Part shown: piece after piece, positions 1 to 9,098 of the stretch
Position numbering within the stretch: the first letter of the stretch is position 1
Layout: the number at the start of each line of letters is the position of its first letter
IMG/VR virus record: IMGVR_UViG_3300029923_000009
Origin: a virus
Taxonomy: Duplodnaviria > Heunggongvirae > Uroviricota > Caudoviricetes
Direction: 5' to 3' (one strand)
DNA: 64,000 bases
Made by a program: the position numbers and the translations under genes
The notes under the pieces: model-generated
Databases searched by the model: none
Told to the model about the DNA's origin: nothing
The model's input: the letters and a program-made list of their open reading frames with translations, nothing else

Positions 1-16
1 ATAAACAAATACAATT

Positions 17-259
17 ATGGAATTTAATTATAAATTTTGGAGTTGGAATAATGGAAAATATTATCAATCCTATCCTACTTTTTGGGGTAATACTGAAATT
101 CGTTGGTTTTCAACAAAAGAAGCAGAGAAAAGTTGTGGCGAACTGTGGATTGACAATGTGCTAATTAAAACAGGTGAAGACTTAGGTTTTAATAATTATC
201 ATGACGGTACAATTGGATTGCTTAAATTTGCGTTAGAAAATAACCTCTGTAAAAACTAA
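17..259 (+). CDS. hypothetical protein (80 aa)
   Basis: ATG ORF; no recognisable motif. Confidence 0.5.
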   Translation: MEFNYKFWSWNNGKYYQSYPTFWGNTEIRWFSTKEAEKSCGELWIDNVLIKTGEDLGFNNYHDGTIGLLKFALENNLCKN

Positions 260-266
260 TATCATC

Positions 267-548
267 ATGGAAGAAATAGTTGACCATTCATTTTGTAATT
301 GTGGGGCTGTAACCGTTTATTTTGAAAACGGTGAAAACAATTCGCTAAAAAGAAAGAACTTAAAGAAGTTTGGACTATCTTTGAAATATAGTAATGAAAT
401 GCATTCTACATACGCTTGTAATCATTGTGTTAATCATTACGGTTTAGATATATGCGAATGTGGAAGTGGTTTGAAACCTGAAAAATGTTGTAGAAAAGGA
501 AGTCGTGAACAATTTGGTGAAAGCGTTAAATTTAGCTGTAAATTTTAG
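267..548 (+). CDS. SEC-C-motif metal-binding protein (93 aa)
   Basis: C-terminal CECGSGLKPEKCC matches SEC-C motif (CxCGSGxKxxxCC) of SecA C-terminus/YchJ; extra CxC and CxxC pairs. Confidence 0.5.
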   Translation: MEEIVDHSFCNCGAVTVYFENGENNSLKRKNLKKFGLSLKYSNEMHSTYACNHCVNHYGLDICECGSGLKPEKCCRKGSREQFGESVKFSCKF

Positions 549-560
549 TAATATATTATT

Positions 561-761
561 ATGAAGCAGATAAAATACGACCTATTCAATGTGGATTCTT
601 ATATGTGTAGTGTGTTCTTTTGTCCAAATATCGTTGGTGTTCTTTCAAAGGATGAAGAAAATTCTATTTTGAATTTAGTTAAAAAAGAACATTTTGAAAT
701 TGTTGATGGTTTTGGTGTATTATATGGTTTAGTTATAAAAATAAATGCAGATTCATTATGA
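561..761 (+). CDS. hypothetical protein (66 aa)
   Basis: ATG ORF. Confidence 0.4.
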   Translation: MKQIKYDLFNVDSYMCSVFFCPNIVGVLSKDEENSILNLVKKEHFEIVDGFGVLYGLVIKINADSL

Positions 762-1093
762 TAAAAGATCTTATTAGTCAAATAGAAGCTATTAAAGAGC
801 AGTTATACACTAAAATAAGTGAACTACCCGACAATGCAAATATAAAGCGTTTAGATAGTGATTCTAATTGCTTTATTATTAATTCAAGTCAAATAATAGG
901 AAAGCCATTTTCTCCTGAATACCATGATTATAAACATCAATATAAACTTATCATTAAATATCTTAAAACGTGTGAAATTACCAACTTTGAAAATAGTTTA
1001 AATACTATAATTAAAACAAGTATTGTAAGGGATGGTAATAGAAGTGTTCGTTTAAACCCCGAAGTTGTTAAATATCTTAAAACAATTATTTAA
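758..1093 (+). CDS. hypothetical protein (111 aa)
   Basis: ATG ORF with ATGA overlap on upstream stop. Confidence 0.5.
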   Translation: MIKDLISQIEAIKEQLYTKISELPDNANIKRLDSDSNCFIINSSQIIGKPFSPEYHDYKHQYKLIIKYLKTCEITNFENSLNTIIKTSIVRDGNRSVRLNPEVVKYLKTII

Positions 1094-1135
1094 CAAATTC
1101 CATTTCATTATATCAAAGTTAAACCGTATCTTTGT
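1090..1135 (+). promoter_or_regulatory. early-class promoter (TTAACAAATTCCATTTC-N20-TATCTTTGT)
   Basis: The -7 box matches Bacteroidetes TAnnTTTG; the upstream box contains the stop of the gene ending at 1093. Confidence 0.55.
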
Positions 1136-1174
1136 GTATGAATTAAATTAATAAATCAATTAAAATAATATTAT

Positions 1175-1537
1175 ATGAAAAAAGAAACGCTTGTAAACTG
1201 TTTAAATTGCGGACATGAATTTGTTTTAACAAGTTGGGGATATGATAAATTAGAAGATGATTGTGCTTTTTATACCGTTTGTCCTGAATGCGAAAGCAGT
1301 TTTGATATTTCAGATGAAGATGCTGAATCAATTTTAATACCTGATGGTACAGAAATCAAATTATCAGATGGTAGTATTTGTATTGTTGATGGGAATGATT
1401 TTGAAGATGTAGATTTTGAAGATGATATACCTTTTGATAATATTAATTATCACGTTTGCCCTATTGAATTTACAAATGAAGAAATTTGGTCAGACCATTA
1501 TATTTATGTGAGAAGAGTAGAATTCGAATTAAATTAA
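1175..1537 (+). CDS. acidic zinc-ribbon protein (120 aa)
   Basis: CLNCGHEF...CPEC plus HVCP; early-class promoter 1090-1135 upstream. Confidence 0.55.
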   Translation: MKKETLVNCLNCGHEFVLTSWGYDKLEDDCAFYTVCPECESSFDISDEDAESILIPDGTEIKLSDGSICIVDGNDFEDVDFEDDIPFDNINYHVCPIEFTNEEIWSDHYIYVRRVEFELN

Positions 1538-1579
1538 CAAATTTCATTTCAGCCAATCAATTAAATTCACTACTTTTGT
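1534..1579 (+). promoter_or_regulatory. early-class promoter
   Basis: TTAACAAATTTCATTTC ... TACTTTTGT; contains the stop of the gene ending at 1537. Confidence 0.55.
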
Positions 1580-1612
1580 AATACAATTTAAAACAATAAT
1601 AATAATAATCGT

Positions 1613-1840
1613 ATGAAAACATTAATAACTGAAATGTCTCACAATATCGGACAAATTCGAGAAGAATTTGCAGATGAAGAAGTAAAACGAATGATTAAAC
1701 AAACAGGTAAAAATTGGTCAAAATCTTATGAAGACCAAATGTTTGTTATTGATGAATCAGATGATGATGTTATTAATCCTTGTATAAGAAAAGAAGGACA
1801 TTGTTTTGTATGTCAAGATAATTATGTTGAAAATTGGTAA
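1613..1840 (+). CDS. hypothetical protein (75 aa)
   Basis: ATG ORF; early promoter 1534-1579. Confidence 0.5.
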   Translation: MKTLITEMSHNIGQIREEFADEEVKRMIKQTGKNWSKSYEDQMFVIDESDDDVINPCIRKEGHCFVCQDNYVENW

Positions 1841-1863
1841 TTAAGCAAAATAAAACAATCGTT

Positions 1864-2025
1864 ATGGAAAAGAAAGTAGTAGTTGTAAGTTTTATCATTC
1901 CCGATAATGGTTTTGATATTGAACATATTGAAGCAGCAATAAAAAGAGGATTAGCTTTTGGATTAGATGTTAAACATATTTGTAACCCAAATGAAATAGA
2001 AGAAATGGTAATAACCATTGCCTAA
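1864..2025 (+). CDS. hypothetical protein (53 aa)
   Basis: ORF-track start 1834 is TTG; first in-frame ATG at 1864. Confidence 0.4.
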   Translation: MEKKVVVVSFIIPDNGFDIEHIEAAIKRGLAFGLDVKHICNPNEIEEMVITIA

Positions 2026-2037
2026 AAACTTTAATGA

Positions 2038-2238
2038 ATGAAAAAATATATTGTAATTGTTACGAGTGATGATATGTACCAACAGTTTACAACAGTTGAT
2101 TGTGATACACAGGAAGTAGTTCATCAACATTCGTGTGGATATTGTTCAAGTGATGAAGAAGAAAATAATGAAGTAAGAAAAGCTTGTATTATGAGTAATG
2201 GTATTTACAAAACAATTAAAATTAGTGGTAGTTTTTAA
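2038..2238 (+). CDS. hypothetical Cys-containing protein (66 aa)
   Basis: ATG ORF. Confidence 0.45.
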   Translation: MKKYIVIVTSDDMYQQFTTVDCDTQEVVHQHSCGYCSSDEEENNEVRKACIMSNGIYKTIKISGSF

Positions 2239-2248
2239 CTAAATAATT

Positions 2249-2512
2249 ATGGAAATAAATACACTTGGAGAGCCTTTAAATAAAGAATTTAATAAATTTA
2301 ATCCATCGTTTGATATTAATATCAAATTGAATACTAAAAATATTCAAACTATTCTATGGTGGTTACATGTTCACAATGGTGAGGTTGATATGGATGTACA
2401 GGATGTTGCAGCGTATAAAAAGATTATTAAAATGTTACCTGACAATGAGGAAAAAGGTAAAATTACAAGTCTTTATGATATTAATCATAAATTAAACAGT
2501 CAAGATTATTAA
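2249..2512 (+). CDS. hypothetical protein (87 aa)
   Basis: ATG ORF. Confidence 0.5.
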   Translation: MEINTLGEPLNKEFNKFNPSFDINIKLNTKNIQTILWWLHVHNGEVDMDVQDVAAYKKIIKMLPDNEEKGKITSLYDINHKLNSQDY

Positions 2513-2532
2513 TATAAATACATTATTATATT

Positions 2533-2889
2533 ATGAGAAAATTTCATTTGGTAAGTAGAATTGGTGATGATGTTTTTGTTTGTGAAACATTGGTTGAAAT
2601 GTGGAATTGTATTAATGATACTATTGAAGAACCTAAAAAATATGTTGTTGATGAAATGAACGGATATAGTTTTGTTGATTCTATAGGTGCTTATACTTTA
2701 ATTGATATGTATAAAACGGAAGATGATGTTCCCGAAACATTGTTCGAAGATGAAATAGCCATTAAAATAAAAAAAGAAGCAATTACATTCAAAACTTGGT
2801 GTGATGAAAATGTTTCAGACGGACGTGATTTAACAAATGAACAATTGTATGAGGAATTTATTAAACTCCATTATATAAAATGTGATTAA
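2533..2889 (+). CDS. hypothetical protein (118 aa)
   Basis: ATG ORF; followed by terminator 2964-2998. Confidence 0.5.
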   Translation: MRKFHLVSRIGDDVFVCETLVEMWNCINDTIEEPKKYVVDEMNGYSFVDSIGAYTLIDMYKTEDDVPETLFEDEIAIKIKKEAITFKTWCDENVSDGRDLTNEQLYEEFIKLHYIKCD

Positions 2890-2963
2890 GAAAGGATGCA
2901 ACAGAAATGTTAAGTACTAATTCGCTAAAATATATAATGGGGTTTTTATATTTATAAAATTAA

Positions 2964-2998
2964 CAAAAAGGGTTTGCGAAAGTGAATCCTTTTTTTTA
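2964..2998 (+). terminator. rho-independent terminator
   Basis: AAAAAGGGTTTGCGAAAGTGAATCCTTTTTTTT: GC-containing stem with GAAA-type loop and T-run. Confidence 0.5.
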
Positions 2999-3006
2999 TC
3001 TTTGTA
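2998..3006 (+). promoter_or_regulatory. -7 box TATCTTTGT
   Basis: Immediately after the terminator hairpin; 30 nt before ATG 3038. Confidence 0.4.
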
Positions 3007-3037
3007 CTATCAAATTAATTAAAAAACAAGTAAAAAT

Positions 3038-3340
3038 ATGAGCACAATTAAACCTGATTATTATACTTTTAATGAACATTATAACCCTAAACAGATGTAT
3101 TATGTTCTTTTGAATGGACAAACATTTTTAGCTGTTTATAATAGATTTAAAAAGCCAAATAAAAGGGTACACGTTGAGGATTTTGAATATACAATTGAAA
3201 TTACAACACTAAAAAGATTTAAACGAAATTGGATTGATGAAAATATTAATACAGTTGTTTATTTAAAGGTTATTGTGGGTACAAAAAAAGTAACGACTAA
3301 TTTGCAAGATGGTGTTTTAATTCAATTAGCAAAAATATAA
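3038..3340 (+). CDS. hypothetical protein (100 aa)
   Basis: ATG ORF after TATCTTTGT at 2998. Confidence 0.5.
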   Translation: MSTIKPDYYTFNEHYNPKQMYYVLLNGQTFLAVYNRFKKPNKRVHVEDFEYTIEITTLKRFKRNWIDENINTVVYLKVIVGTKKVTTNLQDGVLIQLAKI

Positions 3341-3343
3341 ATT

Positions 3344-3589
3344 ATGGAAAATGATAATGTAATTTTTTCAGTGGGTACGAAATTCGAAGTTGTTGGATGG
3401 GTTATGCTTAAAGGATTGGATGATGGGTGTAAGTACGTTGTTACTATCAGAGAGGATAATGTGGTTCAATTTGCAAGGATTTTGAAAAATGGTAAGAAAG
3501 CTAAAAAGCAGTTTGCTCACTATTTGAGTGATATGGAATCAAGTGTTAACTGTAAAGATCGTTGTTTAAATCATATAAATATTCTTTAA
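3344..3589 (+). CDS. hypothetical protein (81 aa)
   Basis: ATG ORF 3 nt after upstream stop. Confidence 0.5.
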   Translation: MENDNVIFSVGTKFEVVGWVMLKGLDDGCKYVVTIREDNVVQFARILKNGKKAKKQFAHYLSDMESSVNCKDRCLNHINIL

Positions 3590-3631
3590 TAAATTTCATT
3601 TTGATATATTAATGTTAAATAGTATCTTTGT
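3587..3631 (+). promoter_or_regulatory. early-class promoter (variant upstream box)
   Basis: TAATAAATTTCATTTTG ... TATCTTTGT. Confidence 0.5.
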
Positions 3632-3657
3632 ATTATCAATTTAATTAAAATATAATT

Positions 3658-3870
3658 ATGAAAATTAAAAGATTATGTGCAGGATATTATAAGGTTGTTG
3701 GTTTTATTGAAGATGTTAATATAGTAAGAATATACCATGAAGAAGATAATAAATATTATTGGTATGTTGAGATTGATGGTTGTGCTGATGATTTAATTGA
3801 TACAAAAAAAGAATGTATCTTAGGTCTCGATGAATTAATTAAAATGGGTAATATTCACCCAATAAAATAA
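3658..3870 (+). CDS. hypothetical protein (70 aa)
   Basis: ATG ORF; early promoter 3587-3631. Confidence 0.5.
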   Translation: MKIKRLCAGYYKVVGFIEDVNIVRIYHEEDNKYYWYVEIDGCADDLIDTKKECILGLDELIKMGNIHPIK

Positions 3871-3890
3871 CAACAAAAAAATAAATTATT

Positions 3891-4076
3891 ATGAGTAAAA
3901 AAATGAATACTTGGATTGAACAATTATTACCTATAATTGAAGAGTACAAAGATGGTTTTGAAAATGAACCTTTGGATAGTGATGCAGTGGATGATTTAAT
4001 TGAAATCATTAGAGCCAAAATCAATCTGCAAGAGGGTAATATTACCATTGAAGAATACGAAACACTAATCGGATAA
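3891..4076 (+). CDS. hypothetical acidic protein (61 aa)
   Basis: ATG ORF. Confidence 0.45.
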   Translation: MSKKMNTWIEQLLPIIEEYKDGFENEPLDSDAVDDLIEIIRAKINLQEGNITIEEYETLIG

Positions 4077-4095
4077 ACAAATAAAAATAATCATC

Positions 4096-4341
4096 ATGGA
4101 CAAAAATTTAAAAATCAACATTAAAAATTTTGTTATTAGAAATTCATATTTTAAACCAAATTCAAACGATGTTGATGAAGTGTTCTTTAGTACACGAAAA
4201 CATTCTTTTGGTGGTCATAGTGGGGATGCAGATTTTAATGAGGGCTATCGTATCAAAAAGATGTTAATCGCTGAATTTGGGAATATGGATATTGAAGTAC
4301 GTTCGTCTGATGAGTGGGTTAGTTTGAGCGTTTATAATTAA
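4096..4341 (+). CDS. hypothetical protein (81 aa)
   Basis: ATG ORF. Confidence 0.45.
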   Translation: MDKNLKINIKNFVIRNSYFKPNSNDVDEVFFSTRKHSFGGHSGDADFNEGYRIKKMLIAEFGNMDIEVRSSDEWVSLSVYN

Positions 4342-4353
4342 TTAATAATTAAT

Positions 4354-4399
4354 TTAACAAATTCCATTTCTATATATCAACGTTAAACAGTATCTTTGT
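4354..4399 (+). promoter_or_regulatory. early-class promoter
   Basis: TTAACAAATTCCATTTC ... TATCTTTGT. Confidence 0.55.
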
Positions 4400-4446
4400 A
4401 GGGTAATCAAAAATAAATAATTAAACAAATAAAACATACACACATT

Positions 4447-5037
4447 ATGAAAATGAAAGACAGAGTTGCATTGAACGAAGTTAAAAATTTAAGTAAAGAA
4501 ATGTACGAAACTTTTCTTAGATATAATAAAGGAATATCTAACTTTATGGAATATTTTTTTAAATATCATGCATTAAAATTTCCCGAAATTCAAATTTTCA
4601 GAGAAGAAAATGAAGATTTTTTAGACGATGGTAATACAAGAACTGCAGGTTTTACGTGGTCTGCATATTGGATTGTACCATTATCAGAAAATGAAGTTAG
4701 CGTTAGTGATGTTAGAAGTGGGTATGGAAATTCAGCAATTGTATTTCATATGGAAAATTACGATCAAAGACTATTTGATGGTCGTATAGGTGGTATTAAA
4801 TCTTTCTCACTATCTTTTAGTTTTGGTTCATATATTGATTTAGTTAAATTATCCGATGGTGCATTTATTCAGAATAATTCTAAAAGGTTGGATTTTCAGA
4901 ATAACAATTATAATGAATTAGCATTATTAAATAGAAAAGAAAATTATTTAAAGCTTATTATATGTTTGAATAAACTGAACGAGGTTAAAAAAATTGAGAG
5001 TTTTTTTGATAAACAAATTATTGATTTAAAATATTGA
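4447..5037 (+). CDS. hypothetical protein (196 aa)
   Basis: ATG ORF; early promoter 4354-4399. Confidence 0.55.
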   Translation: MKMKDRVALNEVKNLSKEMYETFLRYNKGISNFMEYFFKYHALKFPEIQIFREENEDFLDDGNTRTAGFTWSAYWIVPLSENEVSVSDVRSGYGNSAIVFHMENYDQRLFDGRIGGIKSFSLSFSFGSYIDLVKLSDGAFIQNNSKRLDFQNNNYNELALLNRKENYLKLIICLNKLNEVKKIESFFDKQIIDLKY

Positions 5038-5043
5038 TTAACA

Positions 5044-5057
5044 TACTCAATTGAGTA
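5044..5057. repeat. TACTCA-NN-TGAGTA palindrome (copy 1)
   Basis: TACTCAATTGAGTA; 27 nt before ATG 5084. Confidence 0.6.
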
Positions 5058-5083
5058 CTAAACAAATAATAAAATAAGTATAT

Positions 5084-5401
5084 ATGACAACAACTAAATT
5101 AAAAAAGTTTTTTGAGGAACATGAATATAATGTTGAGTTATTTAAACAGGATAATCAACAATGTGCAGAAATTGAAAGTTGGACAGATGGCGGTGTAGAT
5201 ATGATTATTACACTTCAACCATTCTCAATAGAAGAATTCATTAAATATGTTAATGATTTTAATATAGATGAAGAAATTGATTTGTACCGACAAGATAAAA
5301 GTTATAAAACTTCTTTTACTATCAGCGAAAGTGTTGCGGACTTTACAAAGTATTTAGAAGAATTGAAAAGTGTTGTAACTGAATTAGAAAATTTAAAATA
5401 A
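5084..5401 (+). CDS. hypothetical acidic protein (105 aa)
   Basis: ATG ORF; TACTCAATTGAGTA palindrome 27 nt upstream. Confidence 0.5.
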   Translation: MTTTKLKKFFEEHEYNVELFKQDNQQCAEIESWTDGGVDMIITLQPFSIEEFIKYVNDFNIDEEIDLYRQDKSYKTSFTISESVADFTKYLEELKSVVTELENLK

Positions 5402-5526
5402 ATATATGGGAACAGCAAGATTATTTCAAGTGGTAAATATGAGCGAAATAAGTAAACCCATAAACGAAATAGCATTTTGGAATAATAATGGGGATTATAT
5501 TTTTTTAAGAAAATAAGAATGATTGT

Positions 5527-5706
5527 ATGGGTGATAAAACATCAAAAGAATTTGCTAATACTACCACTATTGAGAATTTTGTTTTAACTATAGTTAATAA
5601 GGAATTACAAGATATGCTACCATCGTTTGATGTTAGTAAAAGTGGTTCACACATTTGGATTGAAGAAAAAACTTCAAAGACAAGAGTAATGTTGATAACA
5701 TTTTAA
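5527..5706 (+). CDS. hypothetical small protein (59 aa)
   Basis: ATG ORF absent from track (<60 aa); stop embedded in TTAACAAATTTC box. Confidence 0.35.
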   Translation: MGDKTSKEFANTTTIENFVLTIVNKELQDMLPSFDVSKSGSHIWIEEKTSKTRVMLITF

Positions 5707-5748
5707 CAAATTTCATTTCGGTATATCACTGTTAAGTATTATCTTTGT
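5703..5748 (+). promoter_or_regulatory. early-class promoter
   Basis: TTAACAAATTTCATTTC ... TATCTTTGT; the upstream box contains the stop of small ORF 5527-5706. Confidence 0.55.
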
Positions 5749-5785
5749 GTATCAATTAAAACAAATATTTATCCAATTAAAACAT

Positions 5786-6145
5786 ATGAATATGAAAACA
5801 GATTTAGAAATGACCCGTGAATTGAATGCGTTGGATATTCAGATTTATAAAATCAAAGGAACTGAAAGATTTGAAACGTGTACTCATGATTCTTATCGTT
5901 TGGAATTTGATTCAATCAAAGATGCTTATGATTACCATAAAGCAACTAATTTTTTGAATAAAGAACCAACAGCAAATGTAAAAAAATTCAAATTAGTAAT
6001 TACATCTGTATTTCATTTTCATGTTGAAATATTTGTTGATGATGAAATATTTTGTTGTAGTGATAGAAATATTTACAAATCGGAAATTATAAAAGCTATC
6101 AAGGAATATGAAGCCGAAGGATTTGTTTTGGTTGAATATTTTTAA
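5786..6145 (+). CDS. hypothetical protein (119 aa)
   Basis: Track start 5747 is GTG inside the -7 box; first ATG 5786 (alternative 5792). Confidence 0.5.
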   Translation: MNMKTDLEMTRELNALDIQIYKIKGTERFETCTHDSYRLEFDSIKDAYDYHKATNFLNKEPTANVKKFKLVITSVFHFHVEIFVDDEIFCCSDRNIYKSEIIKAIKEYEAEGFVLVEYF

Positions 6146-6187
6146 TAAATTCTATTTCCATATATCATAGTTAAAGCTTATCTTTAC
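6144..6187 (+). promoter_or_regulatory. early-class promoter (degenerate)
   Basis: TAATAAATTCTATTTCC ... TATCTTTAC. Confidence 0.4.
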
Positions 6188-6226
6188 ACTATCAATTAAT
6201 TATTTAATCAAATAAAAAACAGATAT

Positions 6227-6451
6227 ATGAATTCACGTGAAAATGAGATGAAGTTTTATAATTATATTATTGATAAGGCTATAGAATCAAAAGATGGTGG
6301 TGATTTAAAAGAATTACAGGAACTAATTCAATTATATTCTTTTGATGATATGTTAAGATATACTTTCCTTATGGGATTAATATATGGTGCGTTAATGCAA
6401 TTTAATAAAAAGATTGCTATTGAAGAATTACAGGAGTTTAAAAAGTTTTAA
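6227..6451 (+). CDS. hypothetical protein, paralog family A (74 aa)
   Basis: N-terminal half ~70% identical to 7026-7229 (NSxENExKFxNYIIDKxIxSxxGGDLKELQEL). Confidence 0.5.
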   Translation: MNSRENEMKFYNYIIDKAIESKDGGDLKELQELIQLYSFDDMLRYTFLMGLIYGALMQFNKKIAIEELQEFKKF

Positions 6452-6474
6452 CTTAAATAAATAAGTACATTGTT

Positions 6475-6726
6475 ATGAAGACCGAATATGAACAACTTAC
6501 AACAGCAAAGAAAAATATTGCAAAATCTTTGATTAAATACATAACTTTATCCAATAAACTTGGTCAACATGGAACACAAAGTATTGCTTTGATTGATGGT
6601 GTTTATGAAGCATATAACGTTACCAATATGAGTAGTGATGTGTTGGAGTTATTAATGAAGAGTTTAAATAATTGGCACGAGCAAAATGAGGAATTAAAAC
6701 GTATGTTCACACCACCAATTATTTAA
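6475..6726 (+). CDS. hypothetical protein (83 aa)
   Basis: ATG ORF. Confidence 0.5.
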   Translation: MKTEYEQLTTAKKNIAKSLIKYITLSNKLGQHGTQSIALIDGVYEAYNVTNMSSDVLELLMKSLNNWHEQNEELKRMFTPPII

Positions 6727-6768
6727 CAAATTTCATTTCCATATATCAGAGTTAAAGACTATCTTTGT
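6723..6768 (+). promoter_or_regulatory. early-class promoter
   Basis: TTAACAAATTTCATTTC ... TATCTTTGT. Confidence 0.55.
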
Positions 6769-6789
6769 ATTATAATTAAAACAAAATGT

Positions 6790-7029
6790 ATGATAAAAGA
6801 GGAATCAAATTATTTTAAATGTAAATCAACAGAATATTCTACATTTTTAAAAAATAGAATTTATCATAAAGATTTAATAGGTAAGTATCTAATATCAGAA
6901 CCAAATGATTGGGTATTAGTACCATCATATCCTACTTATCAAGAAATAATTGAAATAATTGAAATAGGTGATGATGTTCAAATTAAAAAATTATTGAAAT
7001 TATTAAAAATATGGAGAAAAGAATTATGA
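6790..7029 (+). CDS. hypothetical protein (79 aa)
   Basis: ATG ORF; early promoter 6723-6768. Confidence 0.5.
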   Translation: MIKEESNYFKCKSTEYSTFLKNRIYHKDLIGKYLISEPNDWVLVPSYPTYQEIIEIIEIGDDVQIKKLLKLLKIWRKEL

Positions 7030-7229
7030 ACTCATCAGAAAACGAAATAAAATTTTGTAATTATATTATTGATAAGGTTATAAAATCAAATGGCGGTGGT
7101 GATTTAAAAGAATTACAGGAACTAGTTCAGGCAGATACAGTTGGAATTTCTCCCGAATATTCAGAAGTTTACACAAAGGAAATATCAATATCTTTCGATG
7201 GTGATGAGTTGGTTAAGAATAATTTATAA
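7026..7229 (+). CDS. hypothetical protein, paralog family A (67 aa)
   Basis: Start moved to ATG 7026 (ATGA overlap), which aligns with the paralog at 6227. Confidence 0.5.
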   Translation: MNSSENEIKFCNYIIDKVIKSNGGGDLKELQELVQADTVGISPEYSEVYTKEISISFDGDELVKNNL

Positions 7230-7235
7230 ATAAAT

Positions 7236-7251
7236 ATACTCATTTGAGTAT
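7236..7251. repeat. TACTCA-NN-TGAGTA palindrome (copy 2)
   Basis: ATACTCATTTGAGTAT; 22 nt before ATG 7273. Confidence 0.6.
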
Positions 7252-7272
7252 CTAATAAATACATTTAATACA

Positions 7273-7752
7273 ATGGAAAATTCAATTAAAATATACGATG
7301 GTTTTATTGCAGATAAAAATACTGAACTACACTATGACCTTGAACGCTTAGACGAGTGGTTCGATCATTGTCCTGTTGAGGGTATAAGTAATTATCGTTC
7401 CGATAAAAGTTGTTTAAATCATTGGAGAATTATTGATAACGGAGAGTTTTTTACTATCATTAGTAAACCTAATTTTACAGAGGGTAAGTGCGATTATTAT
7501 AAACGGCTTGTGATTTGTAAACTTGTTAAAGATGATATGTGGAAGTACATAAACAAATTTAATTTAAGTCCTTGTATTTATAAGTTTGGTGAGGATGACC
7601 AATTTGAAAATTTTCCTGTAGATGAAGAAACATTAATTATATTAAGTGGATTTTCAGAAATTGTGATGGATTTGTTTGTTGAAGACAGTGAATCGTGTGA
7701 AAAATTATTAGACGTAATAAATATTAAAAATTTATATTATCATGAAAAATGA
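7273..7752 (+). CDS. hypothetical protein (159 aa)
   Basis: ATG ORF; ATACTCA-TT-TGAGTAT palindrome 22 nt upstream. Confidence 0.55.
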   Translation: MENSIKIYDGFIADKNTELHYDLERLDEWFDHCPVEGISNYRSDKSCLNHWRIIDNGEFFTIISKPNFTEGKCDYYKRLVICKLVKDDMWKYINKFNLSPCIYKFGEDDQFENFPVDEETLIILSGFSEIVMDLFVEDSESCEKLLDVINIKNLYYHEK

Positions 7753-7936
7753 ACAACAAATAAGAGATACCCGAAATGATACGGATGATAAGCTAATAAA
7801 AGTGTTAGAATATTTTTTATCATTGCATGAAGCGGATGAAATATTCAATATGATAAATGACCCACAATTTGAAGTTGATGATGTCATTGAACTATTGGAA
7901 AAATATGAAACTGATTATAAAAACGATATAGAATAA
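7742..7936 (+). CDS. hypothetical acidic protein (64 aa)
   Basis: ATG ORF overlapping upstream gene by 11 nt. Confidence 0.45.
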   Translation: MKNEQQIRDTRNDTDDKLIKVLEYFLSLHEADEIFNMINDPQFEVDDVIELLEKYETDYKNDIE

Positions 7937-7960
7937 AAATTAATTAAAATATTAAAAATT

Positions 7961-8242
7961 ATGGAAGTATTAGGATTTGTAGTGTTATTAATTATATTAG
8001 TTGGGTTGGGTTATTGGTTGGTTTATGATGGTCGTAATTTTAATACGATTACTCTTGTGTCTATAATATTTTCAATGTCAAGTTTTTGTTTATTTTTAAT
8101 ACCAAATAAATTAGGATATGAAAGAGGTCAAATTGATGCATTAAAAGGGAATATGCAATACGAGATGAAAATAAGTTATAAGATGGTTGATTCAGTATAT
8201 ATACCTATTGACACAGTTTATGTACTTAAAAATAATAAATAA
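7961..8242 (+). CDS. small membrane protein (93 aa)
   Basis: two hydrophobic helices near N-terminus. Confidence 0.5.
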   Translation: MEVLGFVVLLIILVGLGYWLVYDGRNFNTITLVSIIFSMSSFCLFLIPNKLGYERGQIDALKGNMQYEMKISYKMVDSVYIPIDTVYVLKNNK

Positions 8243-8259
8243 GTATATAATTATTTTAT

Positions 8260-8305
8260 TTAACAGATTATATTTTAGAATGTCAGTGTTAAACCATATC
8301 TTTGT
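8260..8305 (+). promoter_or_regulatory. early-class promoter
   Basis: TTAACAGATTATATTTT ... TATCTTTGT. Confidence 0.5.
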
Positions 8306-8325
8306 ATTATAAAAAATAAATAATT

Positions 8326-8715
8326 ATGGAAAAAGAATTTGTAACGTATGAAATTGCTTTACTATTAAAAGAGTTGGGTTATATAGGTGATGATTGTTTT
8401 GGGGTTTACATTAAAAGCATTATATCAAATGAGGGTGTTTTGGTTAATTTTGCTACCGATGATTTGAATGGTATAGATTTAGTTGGTGAAGTAAATGCCC
8501 CACTATGGCAACAGGTTATTAATTGGCTTAGGGAAAAGCATAATTATAATATTACATATAATGTATTGGAAGGGTATGATTGTAAAAAAATTATAAATTA
8601 TATTTTTAAGGGTGGTGATATTCAGTCACATTTTAAAATACTATCAAAAAAATCAGATTATTACGAGGCTCGTGAATCTGCTATTTTAAAAGTAATAGAT
8701 TTAATAAAAAAATAA
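8326..8715 (+). CDS. hypothetical protein, paralog family B (129 aa)
   Basis: Shares MxKxFVxYEIAxxLKELGF...APLWQQVINWLRxKHN with 16822-17172 and 52847-53236. Confidence 0.55.
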   Translation: MEKEFVTYEIALLLKELGYIGDDCFGVYIKSIISNEGVLVNFATDDLNGIDLVGEVNAPLWQQVINWLREKHNYNITYNVLEGYDCKKIINYIFKGGDIQSHFKILSKKSDYYEARESAILKVIDLIKK

Positions 8716-8991
8716 ATGAAAGAGTTAAATTTAGAAATGGCTTTAGGTAGCGGTAAAAACAGATTTAGGTTATTAGCTTCAATGAATAGCACACCGTGGA
8801 TTTTCATGTGGTGCGATGAAGAAGATAATTTTCTTGGAATGTCGGGTTCAGATATTGATGAATATAAGTTTGATTATACTTTGGAAGAGTTACCAAAAAT
8901 GATTGATAATGCGCAGGATTGGCTTAATCGAGCTAAAAATGCAGAACATCCATGTGCTAATATTTCAAATATTTATGTAATGGCAATCTAA
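8716..8991 (+). CDS. hypothetical protein (91 aa)
   Basis: ATG ORF immediately after upstream stop. Confidence 0.5.
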   Translation: MKELNLEMALGSGKNRFRLLASMNSTPWIFMWCDEEDNFLGMSGSDIDEYKFDYTLEELPKMIDNAQDWLNRAKNAEHPCANISNIYVMAI

Positions 8992-9011
8992 TTAAATACA
9001 AAAATAAATAT

Positions 9012-9057
9012 AAATGCAATCAATTAACATATTCTGTTTTGGTTGCATTTCTTTTTT
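9012..9057 (+). terminator. rho-independent terminator
   Basis: AAATGCAA ... TTGCATTT stem followed by CTTTTTT. Confidence 0.5.
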
Positions 9058-9060
9058 ATG

Positions 9061-9069
9061 TATCTTTGT
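9061..9069 (+). promoter_or_regulatory. -7 box TATCTTTGT
   Basis: Directly after terminator 9012-9057. Confidence 0.4.
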
Positions 9070-9098
9070 ATATCAAATAATTTAAAAGATAAGTGGGT

